Notes under the pieces: generated by a model
What the model saw: the letters and a program-made list of their open reading frames with translations, nothing else
Databases searched by the model: none
Told to the model about the DNA's origin: nothing
Position numbers and translations under genes: made by a program
NCBI GenBank assembly: GCA_013151495.1
Contig: JAADIE010000081.1
Span: 1 to 46,619 of the forward strand
Source: Nitrospirota bacterium
GTDB lineage: Bacteria; Nitrospirota; Thermodesulfovibrionia; Thermodesulfovibrionales; JdFR-85
DNA: 46,619 nt
Reading direction: 5' to 3'
Part shown: one piece after another, positions 20,300-28,501 of the stretch
Layout: the number at the start of each line of letters is the position of its first letter
Numbering within the stretch: position 1 is the first letter of the stretch

Positions 20300-20315
20300 T
20301 GGCATTTCTCTTGCA
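20300..20315 (+). promoter_or_regulatory. sigma54 -24/-12 promoter of the two-CW gene
   Basis: TGGCATTTCTCTTGCA has GG-N10-GC spacing. Near-IHF site AATCAATACCTTT at 20271-20283. Confidence 0.8.
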
Positions 20316-20354
20316 CACTACTAATAGCCAAAAAAACAGGGAGGTGATTCGAGG

Positions 20355-20570
20355 ATGATGAACTGCTGGGAGTTCAAGAAATGTGGAAGAGACAAAACTG
20401 GTGATTGTCCTGCTTATACTCGAAGGGCGGGTAAGGTTTGCTGGATTGTGGCAGGAACAATGTGTGATGGGGAGGTTCAGGGTACCTTTGCCAAAAAGAT
20501 TAGCACCTGTATCAAATGTGATTTCTATCAATACATGAATAAAGAGGCCAGAGATAAACTAAAATCCTAA
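20355..20570 (+). CDS. small Cys-rich two-CW domain protein
   Basis: NCWEFKKC..CPAY..CWIVAGTMC..CIKCDFY; SD GGGAGG/GAGG upstream. Confidence 0.85.
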   Translation: MMNCWEFKKCGRDKTGDCPAYTRRAGKVCWIVAGTMCDGEVQGTFAKKISTCIKCDFYQYMNKEARDKLKS

Positions 20571-21404
20571 ATTTAGTATTGATTGTTCTTTAATTTCTTT
20601 ATAGGAGAAGACAGGGCCATCTTTACAGATATATAGCTTTCCTGCATAACAGTGGCCACACTTGCCCACACCACATTTCATGTGGGCCTCCAGTGTGGTT
20701 ATTATTCGTTCTTCTGGCATCCCAAAGAAGAAGAGGTCCTGCATGGCCGCCCTGATCATAACCTCAGGGCCACATATAAAGGCCACAGATTTTTTAAAGT
20801 CCACCTCAGCCAGGTGCCACAGAGTGGTTACCAGTCCTACATTTCCCTTCCAGCCATCTGTTGGCCTATCTACGGTTAAAACTACATTGACCCCCTGTTG
20901 TTTCCACTTCCTGGTTTCGTCGAGGTAGACAATATCATCAGGGCTACGGCTTCCATAAAGAAGGGATACCTTATACTTCTTTCTCTTCATAAAGGTCTCT
21001 ATTAAAGGTCTAAGTGGAGCTATTCCAATTCCACCTGCCACTATCACCACATCACGACCCTTAGCAAGTTCTAAAGGAAATGCCCTGCCATAGGGGCCTC
21101 GTATCCAGAGGTTATCGCCTTCTTTCAGCTGATGAATCCTGCCTGTAACCATCCCTACTCTTCTGATACAGAACTCGATTCTGGTACTTTTTCTGGCCAG
21201 AGATGTAACCGATATGGGAACCTCACCAGCTCCCCAGACAGAAACCATAAAGAACTGACCGGCCTTATAATGTACTGGTTCTTCGAGTTCAAGAGTAAAA
21301 AGGCTTACATCTGAGGTTTGTTTTTTTATGCGCTCTATGGTACCTTTTATGGGTCGGTAGATATTGTTTTCCTGTTTTGCGGGCTCTCTGTTTTTAACCT
21401 TCAT
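20559..21404 (-). CDS. FAD/NAD(P)-binding [2Fe-2S] subunit, AsrB / sulfhydrogenase gamma (HydG) / FlxA-like
   Basis: GQFFM..GEVPIS, RGPYG, AGGIGIAPLR, CGPEVM, MKCGVGKCGHC..CKDGPVF. Start at 21404 with GAGGAG SD. Confidence 0.9.
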   Translation of the reverse strand: MKVKNREPAKQENNIYRPIKGTIERIKKQTSDVSLFTLELEEPVHYKAGQFFMVSVWGAGEVPISVTSLARKSTRIEFCIRRVGMVTGRIHQLKEGDNLWIRGPYGRAFPLELAKGRDVVIVAGGIGIAPLRPLIETFMKRKKYKVSLLYGSRSPDDIVYLDETRKWKQQGVNVVLTVDRPTDGWKGNVGLVTTLWHLAEVDFKKSVAFICGPEVMIRAAMQDLFFFGMPEERIITTLEAHMKCGVGKCGHCYAGKLYICKDGPVFSYKEIKEQSILNLGF

Positions 21405-22449
21405 CAGTAATCTCCTCACCATTCAGGGCAATGCTTTTGAGTTTCATACATACACTGGCCATGTCTATTCTGCCAGGGCAGGTAACTGTGCAGCGGCCAC
21501 ACCCCACACAACCAAAACTTTCAAGCACATCAGGGTAGTGTATCAGCTTATGGAAAAACCATCGTTTCGTTCTTTTTATCCTCTCTTCGTTGGGGAGTAT
21601 TCCACCAGCCAGCCTGGTAAAGCCTTTAAAAAGACAGCTATCCCACAGCCTTGCTCGTTCCACTGTGTCGTTATAACTTCTGTCGACCACTGTAAAGCAG
21701 GTACATAAGGGGCACTGGTATACACAACCACCACACTCAAAACACCTCGAGGTTATGCCCTGCCAGAAGCTGTCCTTGATGCGGCCTGATTTTATAAGTT
21801 GCCTGCTTTGCTGAAGGCTTATTCTTTTTTGAAATCGTGCCTTTGAGCTAAGCAATACCTCGTACTGGTCGTCGTAGTCTGATTTTTGTGGTCTACTAAA
21901 AAGAAAATGATAGTTCTTTATGATAGATATAGCCCACTCAGACTCGGCCTGAACAAAGTACCTATCTCCAAGGTCTGTAAGCTGTATATCGAAGCCCTGT
22001 TTAAGATAGGGGCCTGTGTCGAGTCCTATACAGAAACAGGTAGGGTCTGGGTTGTTGCAGACTATGGAGATAAGCAGGCTGTTTTCCCTGCGGCTTTTAT
22101 AATAGGGATCGGGCATCTCATCAATGAAAAATCTATCAAGAGTGTTCAGGGCTGCCACATCACAGGAGCGGAGTCCAAATATGACCCTTTTTGTTTTAGA
22201 GATGGAATCAACTACCCGGTCATCCTTTTTTGAGTACTCAAAGAGCCTTTCATACTGGGGCAGGAAAAACTCCTTGACGCTTGGTAGCAGGGACGGACAG
22301 TTTAACTCTATCTTATGGATATGCTCAACCTGTTTAAATACAATGTCTCCCACCTGATCGCGCATTGGTGCTATAAGCTGCATCTGGTTTCTCAGCTGTC
22401 GCAGCCAGTAAGACAGGTGGTTTTTATCCAGAATCCATTCCCTCTTCAT
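21394..22449 (-). CDS. 4Fe-4S dicluster subunit, AsrA / sulfhydrogenase beta (HydB) / FlxB-like
   Basis: GLRSCD, C..PDPTCFC, CFECGGCVYQCPLCTCF, WDSC, CVGCGRCTVTCP. Confidence 0.88.
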   Translation of the reverse strand: MKREWILDKNHLSYWLRQLRNQMQLIAPMRDQVGDIVFKQVEHIHKIELNCPSLLPSVKEFFLPQYERLFEYSKKDDRVVDSISKTKRVIFGLRSCDVAALNTLDRFFIDEMPDPYYKSRRENSLLISIVCNNPDPTCFCIGLDTGPYLKQGFDIQLTDLGDRYFVQAESEWAISIIKNYHFLFSRPQKSDYDDQYEVLLSSKARFQKRISLQQSRQLIKSGRIKDSFWQGITSRCFECGGCVYQCPLCTCFTVVDRSYNDTVERARLWDSCLFKGFTRLAGGILPNEERIKRTKRWFFHKLIHYPDVLESFGCVGCGRCTVTCPGRIDMASVCMKLKSIALNGEEITDEG

Positions 22450-24545
22450 TCCTCTATCCTCAGGCTTTCAAGCTCCACCTCAGGGGGCTTGGGGGTTTTA
22501 ACTACAGGCATCTTATAAAGAGGCTCTATCCTGACAGCACAGACCTTGTATTCCGGGATCTTTGCCTTTGGATCAACTGCAGGGTTGGTAAGTCTGTTTA
22601 CTGCTGCCTCAGCATAATGAAATGGAATAAAAACCGTGCCCTGCGGTATTTTGCCGGTCAGCTTTGCTTTTACCTCAATTGAACCTCTACGAGAGGTAAC
22701 CTTTACTGGCCAGCCATTTTTGATTCCCAGTGAGTCTGCGTCTTCAGGATTTATCTCAACAAAACATTCTGGTTCTTCCCTTTCAAGTACCACCGTTCGT
22801 CTACACATGGTGCCAGTATGGTAGTGGAAATAGATTCTTCCTGTTGTTAAAAGGAAGGGGTATTCTTTATCCGGTGGCTCATCAGGGGGAATGTAATCCA
22901 CAGTTATAAAGGTTCCAAGCCCCTTTGCAAATTTCTTCCGATGTAAATAAGGTGTGCCCGGGTGGTCCTGAGTAGGGCAGGGCCACTGAAGCCCGAACCC
23001 TTCTTTCAGCCTATGATGAAGTATCCCTCCATAGGAGGGAGTTAGCAGTGCAATCTCTTCCATAATTTCATAGGTGCCACGATAGTGCATCCTGTAGCCC
23101 ATTCTTGTGGCAAGATCAACTATAATCTCCCAATCTGCCTTTGCCTCACCTGGTGGCGAGATGGCCCTCTGAAGAAGCTGTACCCTGCGCTCAGTGTTTG
23201 TATAAGTGCCATCCTTTTCTGCAAAGCTTGCAGCAGGTAATACAACATCTGCATAGTTCATGGTTTCATTGGGAAATATGTCCTGCACAACTACAAAGTC
23301 TATCCTTTCCATGGCCTTTTCAAGATGTCCAAGGTCGGGGTCTGAAAGCAGAGGGTTTTCTCCCATTACATAAAGGGCCTTCAGGCGTCCCACATAGGCC
23401 ATATCCATCATCTCCATAAGGGTCAACCCGGGCTTGGGGTTTAGCTTTTTCCTCCAGGTGTTCTGGAATTTTTTTCTTGCCCTCGGGTCTGTAACAGTCT
23501 GATAACCGGAAAAGACATTTGGTAATGCACCCATATCACAGGCACCCTGAACATTATTCTGACCCCTGAGAGGATTTATGCCCGACATGGGTAGCCCTAT
23601 ATGGCCTGTTAACATAACAAGATTTGCCAGTGCCCTTACATTGTCCACCCCAGTGATATGCTGGGTAATACCCATTGCATAAAAGAGCATGGAGCGTTTT
23701 TCCATTGCATAAATACGAGCCACCCTTCTAAGGAGCTGTATTTTTACCCCGGTTATAGCCTCTACCTTGGCAGGATCAAAGGTCCTGAGGGTGTCAAGGA
23801 AGGAGTCAAAGTTTTCTGTCCTCCGTTTAACAAAATCAATATCTACAAGACCTTCGGTAACAATGATATTCATCAAGCCCATCAGAAGTGCAACATCAGA
23901 ACCAGGACGATGCTGTAGATGGATATGGGCAAACTCTGCAAGCTGTGTTTTCCTTGGATCAGCCACTATCAGGGTTGCTCCACTGTCAACTGCATCAAGC
24001 ATATGCATGGCTATCATGGGATGTTGTTCAGTGGTATTGGAGCCGATCACAAAAAGTACCCTGGCATTAATGATTTCATTTATAGAGTTTGTCATTGCAC
24101 CTGAGCCAAAGGCTGCAGCAAGACCACCCACGGTAGAGGAATGACACAGCCTGGCACAATGATCTATGTTGTTGGTTCCGACAACAGCCCTTGCAAACTT
24201 CATCATGAGGTAATTTTCCTCGTTAGTACACTTTGCAGAGCTTAGCAAACCAATGGAATCGCTTCCGTAAAGCCTTTTTATTTCTGTGAGTCGGCGGGCA
24301 ATCAGATCGAGGGCCTCATCCCAGGTTGCCCTTACAAGAGTGCCCCTTTTTCTAATCATTGGAAATTTAAGCCTGTCAGGATGATGGACAAACTCATAGC
24401 AGTTCCAGCCCTTAACACAGAGGCTTCCACGATTTACTGGGTGGTTTATGCAGGGTGATACACCTACAATACGGTCGTCCTCAACATGTAGGTATAGTCC
24501 ACAACCACAGCCACAATAGGGGCATACTGTGAGAATCTTGTCCAT
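22446..24545 (-). CDS. fdhF: formate dehydrogenase catalytic subunit (Mo/W-bisPGD, FdhF/FdhA-like, Cys-type, cytoplasmic)
   Basis: CPYCGCGC..LCVKG Fe-S motif, CARLCHSST (Cys ligand plus His), LRGQNNVQG, PEYKVCAV. No Tat signal. Confidence 0.93.
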   Translation of the reverse strand: MDKILTVCPYCGCGCGLYLHVEDDRIVGVSPCINHPVNRGSLCVKGWNCYEFVHHPDRLKFPMIRKRGTLVRATWDEALDLIARRLTEIKRLYGSDSIGLLSSAKCTNEENYLMMKFARAVVGTNNIDHCARLCHSSTVGGLAAAFGSGAMTNSINEIINARVLFVIGSNTTEQHPMIAMHMLDAVDSGATLIVADPRKTQLAEFAHIHLQHRPGSDVALLMGLMNIIVTEGLVDIDFVKRRTENFDSFLDTLRTFDPAKVEAITGVKIQLLRRVARIYAMEKRSMLFYAMGITQHITGVDNVRALANLVMLTGHIGLPMSGINPLRGQNNVQGACDMGALPNVFSGYQTVTDPRARKKFQNTWRKKLNPKPGLTLMEMMDMAYVGRLKALYVMGENPLLSDPDLGHLEKAMERIDFVVVQDIFPNETMNYADVVLPAASFAEKDGTYTNTERRVQLLQRAISPPGEAKADWEIIVDLATRMGYRMHYRGTYEIMEEIALLTPSYGGILHHRLKEGFGLQWPCPTQDHPGTPYLHRKKFAKGLGTFITVDYIPPDEPPDKEYPFLLTTGRIYFHYHTGTMCRRTVVLEREEPECFVEINPEDADSLGIKNGWPVKVTSRRGSIEVKAKLTGKIPQGTVFIPFHYAEAAVNRLTNPAVDPKAKIPEYKVCAVRIEPLYKMPVVKTPKPPEVELESLRIEE

Positions 24546-24559
24546 TGTGCTTTTATTTA

Positions 24560-24575
24560 TGCAAGGTATGTGCCT
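24560..24575 (-). promoter_or_regulatory. sigma54 -24/-12 promoter of the fdh operon
   Basis: AGGCACATACCTTGCA on the minus strand (GG-N10-GC), 14 nt upstream of ATG. Confidence 0.75.
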
Positions 24576-24595
24576 TTAATTAGATTATAAAGAAA

Positions 24596-24608
24596 AATCA
24601 ATAAGTTA
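24596..24608. promoter_or_regulatory. IHF binding site
   Basis: AATCAATAAGTTA is an exact match to WATCAANNNNTTR, between the sigma54 box and the putative UAS. Confidence 0.7.
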
Positions 24609-24630
24609 TTAGAATATATTATCAGGAATA

Positions 24631-24669
24631 TGTACTAAAAGTAACCACCTTGTGTGGAAAAATTACCCA
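24631..24669. promoter_or_regulatory. tandem 17-bp boxes, putative bEBP enhancer for the fdh operon
   Basis: Minus strand reads TGGGTAATTTTTCCACA and TGGTTACTTTTAGTACA, 22 bp apart. Confidence 0.55.
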
Positions 24670-24806
24670 TACCATCTTTTCTGAATATAAATTAATTTAA
24701 TGTTGCTATAACTATTATTCATGATTTATGCTTGACTTAATGCCTGAAGGCATGTTATTACTTATTGGCTTTTTTACCTACACCAAACCGATACACAGGA
24801 GGTCAA

Positions 24807-26114
24807 ATGGCACTTCTTACTTTCAAAGGTGGCGTTCATCCTCCAGAAAACAAAGAGCTTTCAGCAAAAGCACCTATCAGAGAGGCTGCACCGCCAAAAC
24901 AGGCAGTAATTCCTTTAAGTCAGCATATTGGGGCACCCTGTAATTGTGTAGTAGAGGTTGGGCAGGAGGTCAAAAAGGGGCAACTCATTGGTGAACCTAC
25001 TGCCTTTGTTTCAGCTCCGGTTCATTCTTCGGTGTCAGGAAAGGTGGTTGAGATTACCCAGATTCCTAATGCTATGGGCAGGCTGGTGCAGGCAGTGGTA
25101 ATCGACAACGATGGAAAGGAAGAATGGGCTCCCCTTCAGGATAATCCGGATTATATGAACCTATCACCAGAGGAGCTGAAGGAAAAGATTAAAAATGCAG
25201 GTATTGTTGGAATGGGTGGTGCAACATTTCCTACTCATGTGAAGCTCTCTCCACCAAAGGAAAAGCCTATTGATGTGGTTATTATCAACGGTGCCGAATG
25301 CGAGCCCTATCTCACAGCCGACCATAGATTGATGGTTGAAAATCCTGAACAGGTCATAGAGGGGCTCAAGATACTGATGAAAATACTGGGTGTTTCCAAA
25401 GGCTATGTGGGGATAGAGAACAACAAGCCCGATGCAATCGAGAAGATGACAGAGGCTGCCTCAAAGGAGCCAAACATTGAGGTCAAGGCCCTTCAGGTAA
25501 AGTATCCTCAGGGTGCTGAGAAGATGCTGATCAAGGCCATTATCGACAGAGAGGTCCCGGCTGGTGGACTACCCATGGATGTAGGGGTGGTGGTTCAGAA
25601 TGTCGGTACAGCCGTAGCCATTTTTGAGGCCTGCAGATATGGAAAGCCTTTGATTGAGAGGATTGTTACCGTTACAGGACGGGGTGTTAAAGAACCGGGA
25701 AATCTTAAGGCGAGAATCGGTACCCCAATAAGGCAGCTTATTGATGAGTGTGGTGGCTTTGTAGACAATCCCAAAAAGGTTATCCTCGGTGGACCAATGA
25801 TGGGTTTTGCCCAGTTTTCTCTTGATGTGCCTGTTACCAAGGGTACTTCGGGAGTTCTGGTATTATCTGAGACCGAGTATGTTTCTTCTGAGAAGTATGG
25901 CCCATGCATTCGTTGTGGCAGATGTATTGAGGCCTGTCCTATGGGGCTTATGCCTTTGATGCTCAGTATTCTTTCAGAAAAGGGCTTCTACGAGGATACC
26001 AGGGAATACAATATCATGGATTGTTTCGAATGTGGAAGCTGTACATATGTGTGTCCGTCAAAAAGACCAATCGTGCATCATATAAGATTGGCTAAATCAC
26101 TAATAAAAAGATAA
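24807..26114 (+). CDS. rnfC: Rnf complex subunit C
   Basis: TFKGGVHP, GMGGATFPTHVK, NGAECEPYLTAD, KYPQGAEK, two 4Fe-4S motifs. ATG 24807 with AGGAGG SD. Confidence 0.96.
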   Translation: MALLTFKGGVHPPENKELSAKAPIREAAPPKQAVIPLSQHIGAPCNCVVEVGQEVKKGQLIGEPTAFVSAPVHSSVSGKVVEITQIPNAMGRLVQAVVIDNDGKEEWAPLQDNPDYMNLSPEELKEKIKNAGIVGMGGATFPTHVKLSPPKEKPIDVVIINGAECEPYLTADHRLMVENPEQVIEGLKILMKILGVSKGYVGIENNKPDAIEKMTEAASKEPNIEVKALQVKYPQGAEKMLIKAIIDREVPAGGLPMDVGVVVQNVGTAVAIFEACRYGKPLIERIVTVTGRGVKEPGNLKARIGTPIRQLIDECGGFVDNPKKVILGGPMMGFAQFSLDVPVTKGTSGVLVLSETEYVSSEKYGPCIRCGRCIEACPMGLMPLMLSILSEKGFYEDTREYNIMDCFECGSCTYVCPSKRPIVHHIRLAKSLIKR

Positions 26115-26138
26115 ATAAATAACTAAAGGAGTGATAGG

Positions 26139-27149
26139 ATGGCAGTTACAAACAGGGATCAGGAGCTTGTAGTTACTGTTAGTCCACATGTAAGATCCGA
26201 TGAGTCTACTGCAAAGATAATGTGGACTGTTACATTAAGTCTTTTGCCTGCCTTTGCAATGTCGGTCTATTATTTTGGACCAAGAGCTGTTTATGTAACT
26301 GCCCTGAGTATTCTGGGCTGTTTGTTCAGTGAGTGGCTTGTCCAGAAAATGGCAGGCAGAGAGATAACCCTCTCAGACGGTAGTGCCTTCTTAACCGGTT
26401 TACTGCTTGGAATGAATATGCCATCATCGGTTCCATTTTATATTCCGCTGGTTAGTGCCTTTGTAGCTGTGGCAATAACAAAACAGCTTTTTGGAGGTCT
26501 TGGTTATAACATCTTTAATCCTGCTTTGATCGGTAGGGCCTTTGCCCTGATTACCTGGCCCAGGGCCATGACTACATGGTTTACGCCAACTGCAGCCTTT
26601 GTGGCAATGGATGCAAAAACCACTGCAACTCCTCTTGGGATACTGAAGGAAGAGGGGATGCATAAGCTGCTCGAGGTCTTTGGTGATAAGATGACCCTGT
26701 ATTACCAGCTACTTATTGGGCACAGGGCAGGTTCCCTTGGTGAGACATCGGTAATAGCGATATTAATTGGTGCTGCATTCCTGCTATACAAGAGATATAT
26801 TTCACTTCATATACCTCTTTCATTTCTTGCTACTGTGGCAGTGCTCACCTGGGTCTTTGGTGGGAAAGAAGGACTCTTTACGGGTGATCCTATCGTTCAT
26901 TTGCTTAGTGGTGGCTTGATGTTGGGAGCCTTTTACATGGCTACAGATTATGTAACATGCCCATCAGTAAAGACTGGTCAGATTATATTCGGAATAGGAT
27001 GTGGTGCCCTGACGGCTCTGATAAGGTTAAAGGCCGGTTACCCGGAGGGTGTTATGTTTGCCATACTGCTGATGAACTGTTTTACCCCGCTGATTGATCG
27101 CAATCTCAAGACAAAGGTCTTTGGCGCCAGAAAGGAGGCTGCGAAATGA
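26139..27149 (+). CDS. rnfD: Rnf complex subunit D
   Basis: SPH, KQLFGGLGYNIFNPAL, TTATPL FMN-Thr site, GSLGETS, MATDYVT. Confidence 0.96.
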   Translation: MAVTNRDQELVVTVSPHVRSDESTAKIMWTVTLSLLPAFAMSVYYFGPRAVYVTALSILGCLFSEWLVQKMAGREITLSDGSAFLTGLLLGMNMPSSVPFYIPLVSAFVAVAITKQLFGGLGYNIFNPALIGRAFALITWPRAMTTWFTPTAAFVAMDAKTTATPLGILKEEGMHKLLEVFGDKMTLYYQLLIGHRAGSLGETSVIAILIGAAFLLYKRYISLHIPLSFLATVAVLTWVFGGKEGLFTGDPIVHLLSGGLMLGAFYMATDYVTCPSVKTGQIIFGIGCGALTALIRLKAGYPEGVMFAILLMNCFTPLIDRNLKTKVFGARKEAAK

Positions 27150-27817
27150 CTTTCAAGGACATACTGAAGATAACCTTCAACCTCGTTGTCCTTTATCTGG
27201 CAGGTGGGTTGCTGCTGGCTGCTGTTTACGCAAAGACTTCACCAGTAATTTATCAGAAGAACGAGGAAGAAAAGAGGCAGGCCCTTCAGGCCATGATGCC
27301 AGAGGCCCAGGATATAATAAAACTTGGCGACTGGTACCCTCATGAAAAACACGCAGAGTACTATGAGGCTCGTAAATGCGGCGAAATTAAAATTAAAACC
27401 ATTAAGGATGAAAAGACCGGAAAAACAAAGGAAATAAAGGAGTGTATCGATCCAGAACCAATCGGTTATATTGTACAGACCTTTGGTAAAGGTTATTCAA
27501 GTTATATAAACATTCTATTTTCTGTTGATAAGAACTTTGTAGTTCAGAGGATGAATATTCTGCATCATGCAGAAACCCCTGGTTTGGGTGATGAAATTGA
27601 GAAAGACTGGTTTAAGAATCAGTTCAAGGGTAAGGACATAGATCATCTTGTGGTAGATAAAACAGGGACCAGGAAAGAATACATCCAGGCCATTACTGGT
27701 GCCACCATATCTACTAGGGCTGTTACAGAGGATGGTATTAAAAGGGGCCTGGAATTTTTAATAAAAGCCATCAAGGAAGGAGAGGTGGAACATGGAGCAT
27801 CAGGAAGAGAAGGTTAG
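27146..27817 (+). CDS. rnfG: Rnf complex subunit G
   Basis: N-terminal TM, KGYS, HAETPGLG, ITGATIST FMN-Thr site. Confidence 0.93.
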   Translation: MTFKDILKITFNLVVLYLAGGLLLAAVYAKTSPVIYQKNEEEKRQALQAMMPEAQDIIKLGDWYPHEKHAEYYEARKCGEIKIKTIKDEKTGKTKEIKECIDPEPIGYIVQTFGKGYSSYINILFSVDKNFVVQRMNILHHAETPGLGDEIEKDWFKNQFKGKDIDHLVVDKTGTRKEYIQAITGATISTRAVTEDGIKRGLEFLIKAIKEGEVEHGASGREG

Positions 27818-28433
27818 TTATCTTCAATTAATAAAAAATGGAGTCTTTAAGGAAAATACCATCTTCAGACTGGTTATCAGTCTGTGTCCATCTATTGCTG
27901 TTACCAATAGTGTGAGGAATGGATTCCTGCTTGGTGTAGCGGTTCTTTTTGTTCAGACCATGGTTAACACAACAGTGGCACTTCTTAGAAGGTTTATACA
28001 TCCACGAATCAGGATTCCCATCTTTATGCTGGTTATTTCCGGATGGGTTAGTGTAGTTGATATGGTAATGGCAGCCTATGCAAGGGCCGCCTATAAAGAG
28101 ATCGGTCTGTATATACAGATTATTGTTGCCTTTGCATCAATTCTGGCAAGGGCGGAGATGTTTGCCAGTAAGAACAGACCCCTGGCAGCTTTCTTCGATG
28201 GTTTTGGCTCGGGATTGGGATTCCTGGTAGCCCTTGTGATTATCAGTTTCTTCAGGGAACTGCTTGGTAAGGGCTCTCTTTGGGGTTTTCAGATTATCGA
28301 GGCAAAACCACTGCTTATAATGATAATGCCAGCTGGTGGTTTTATAGCTGTTGGTCTGCTGATGGGCTTTTTCAACTGGATCGATATTCGTTTCTATGGT
28401 GGTAAGGGTGCTGGTGGTGCATCCGGACATTAA
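27792..28433 (+). CDS. rnfE: Rnf complex subunit E (variant lacking the second conserved Cys)
   Basis: EN..F...LCPSIAVT, RIRIP, RAEMFA, RELLG, PAGGF; position in CDGEAB. Confidence 0.93.
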   Translation: MEHQEEKVSYLQLIKNGVFKENTIFRLVISLCPSIAVTNSVRNGFLLGVAVLFVQTMVNTTVALLRRFIHPRIRIPIFMLVISGWVSVVDMVMAAYARAAYKEIGLYIQIIVAFASILARAEMFASKNRPLAAFFDGFGSGLGFLVALVIISFFRELLGKGSLWGFQIIEAKPLLIMIMPAGGFIAVGLLMGFFNWIDIRFYGGKGAGGASGH

Positions 28434-28501
28434 GTAGTTGAATTTGGATCTGCTTATGTGGGATAATTAATAAAGTAATTAGTTTATAAAAGGAGGCTGC
28501 A

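Noticed and set aside
24140-24165. Possible selenocysteine in FDH
   Set aside because: The ligand codon is TGT (CARLCH) and the ORF has no in-frame TGA.
24690-24730. Possible Rex operator upstream of rnf
   Set aside because: The region is AT-rich but has no convincing TTGTGAA-N4-TTCACAA match.
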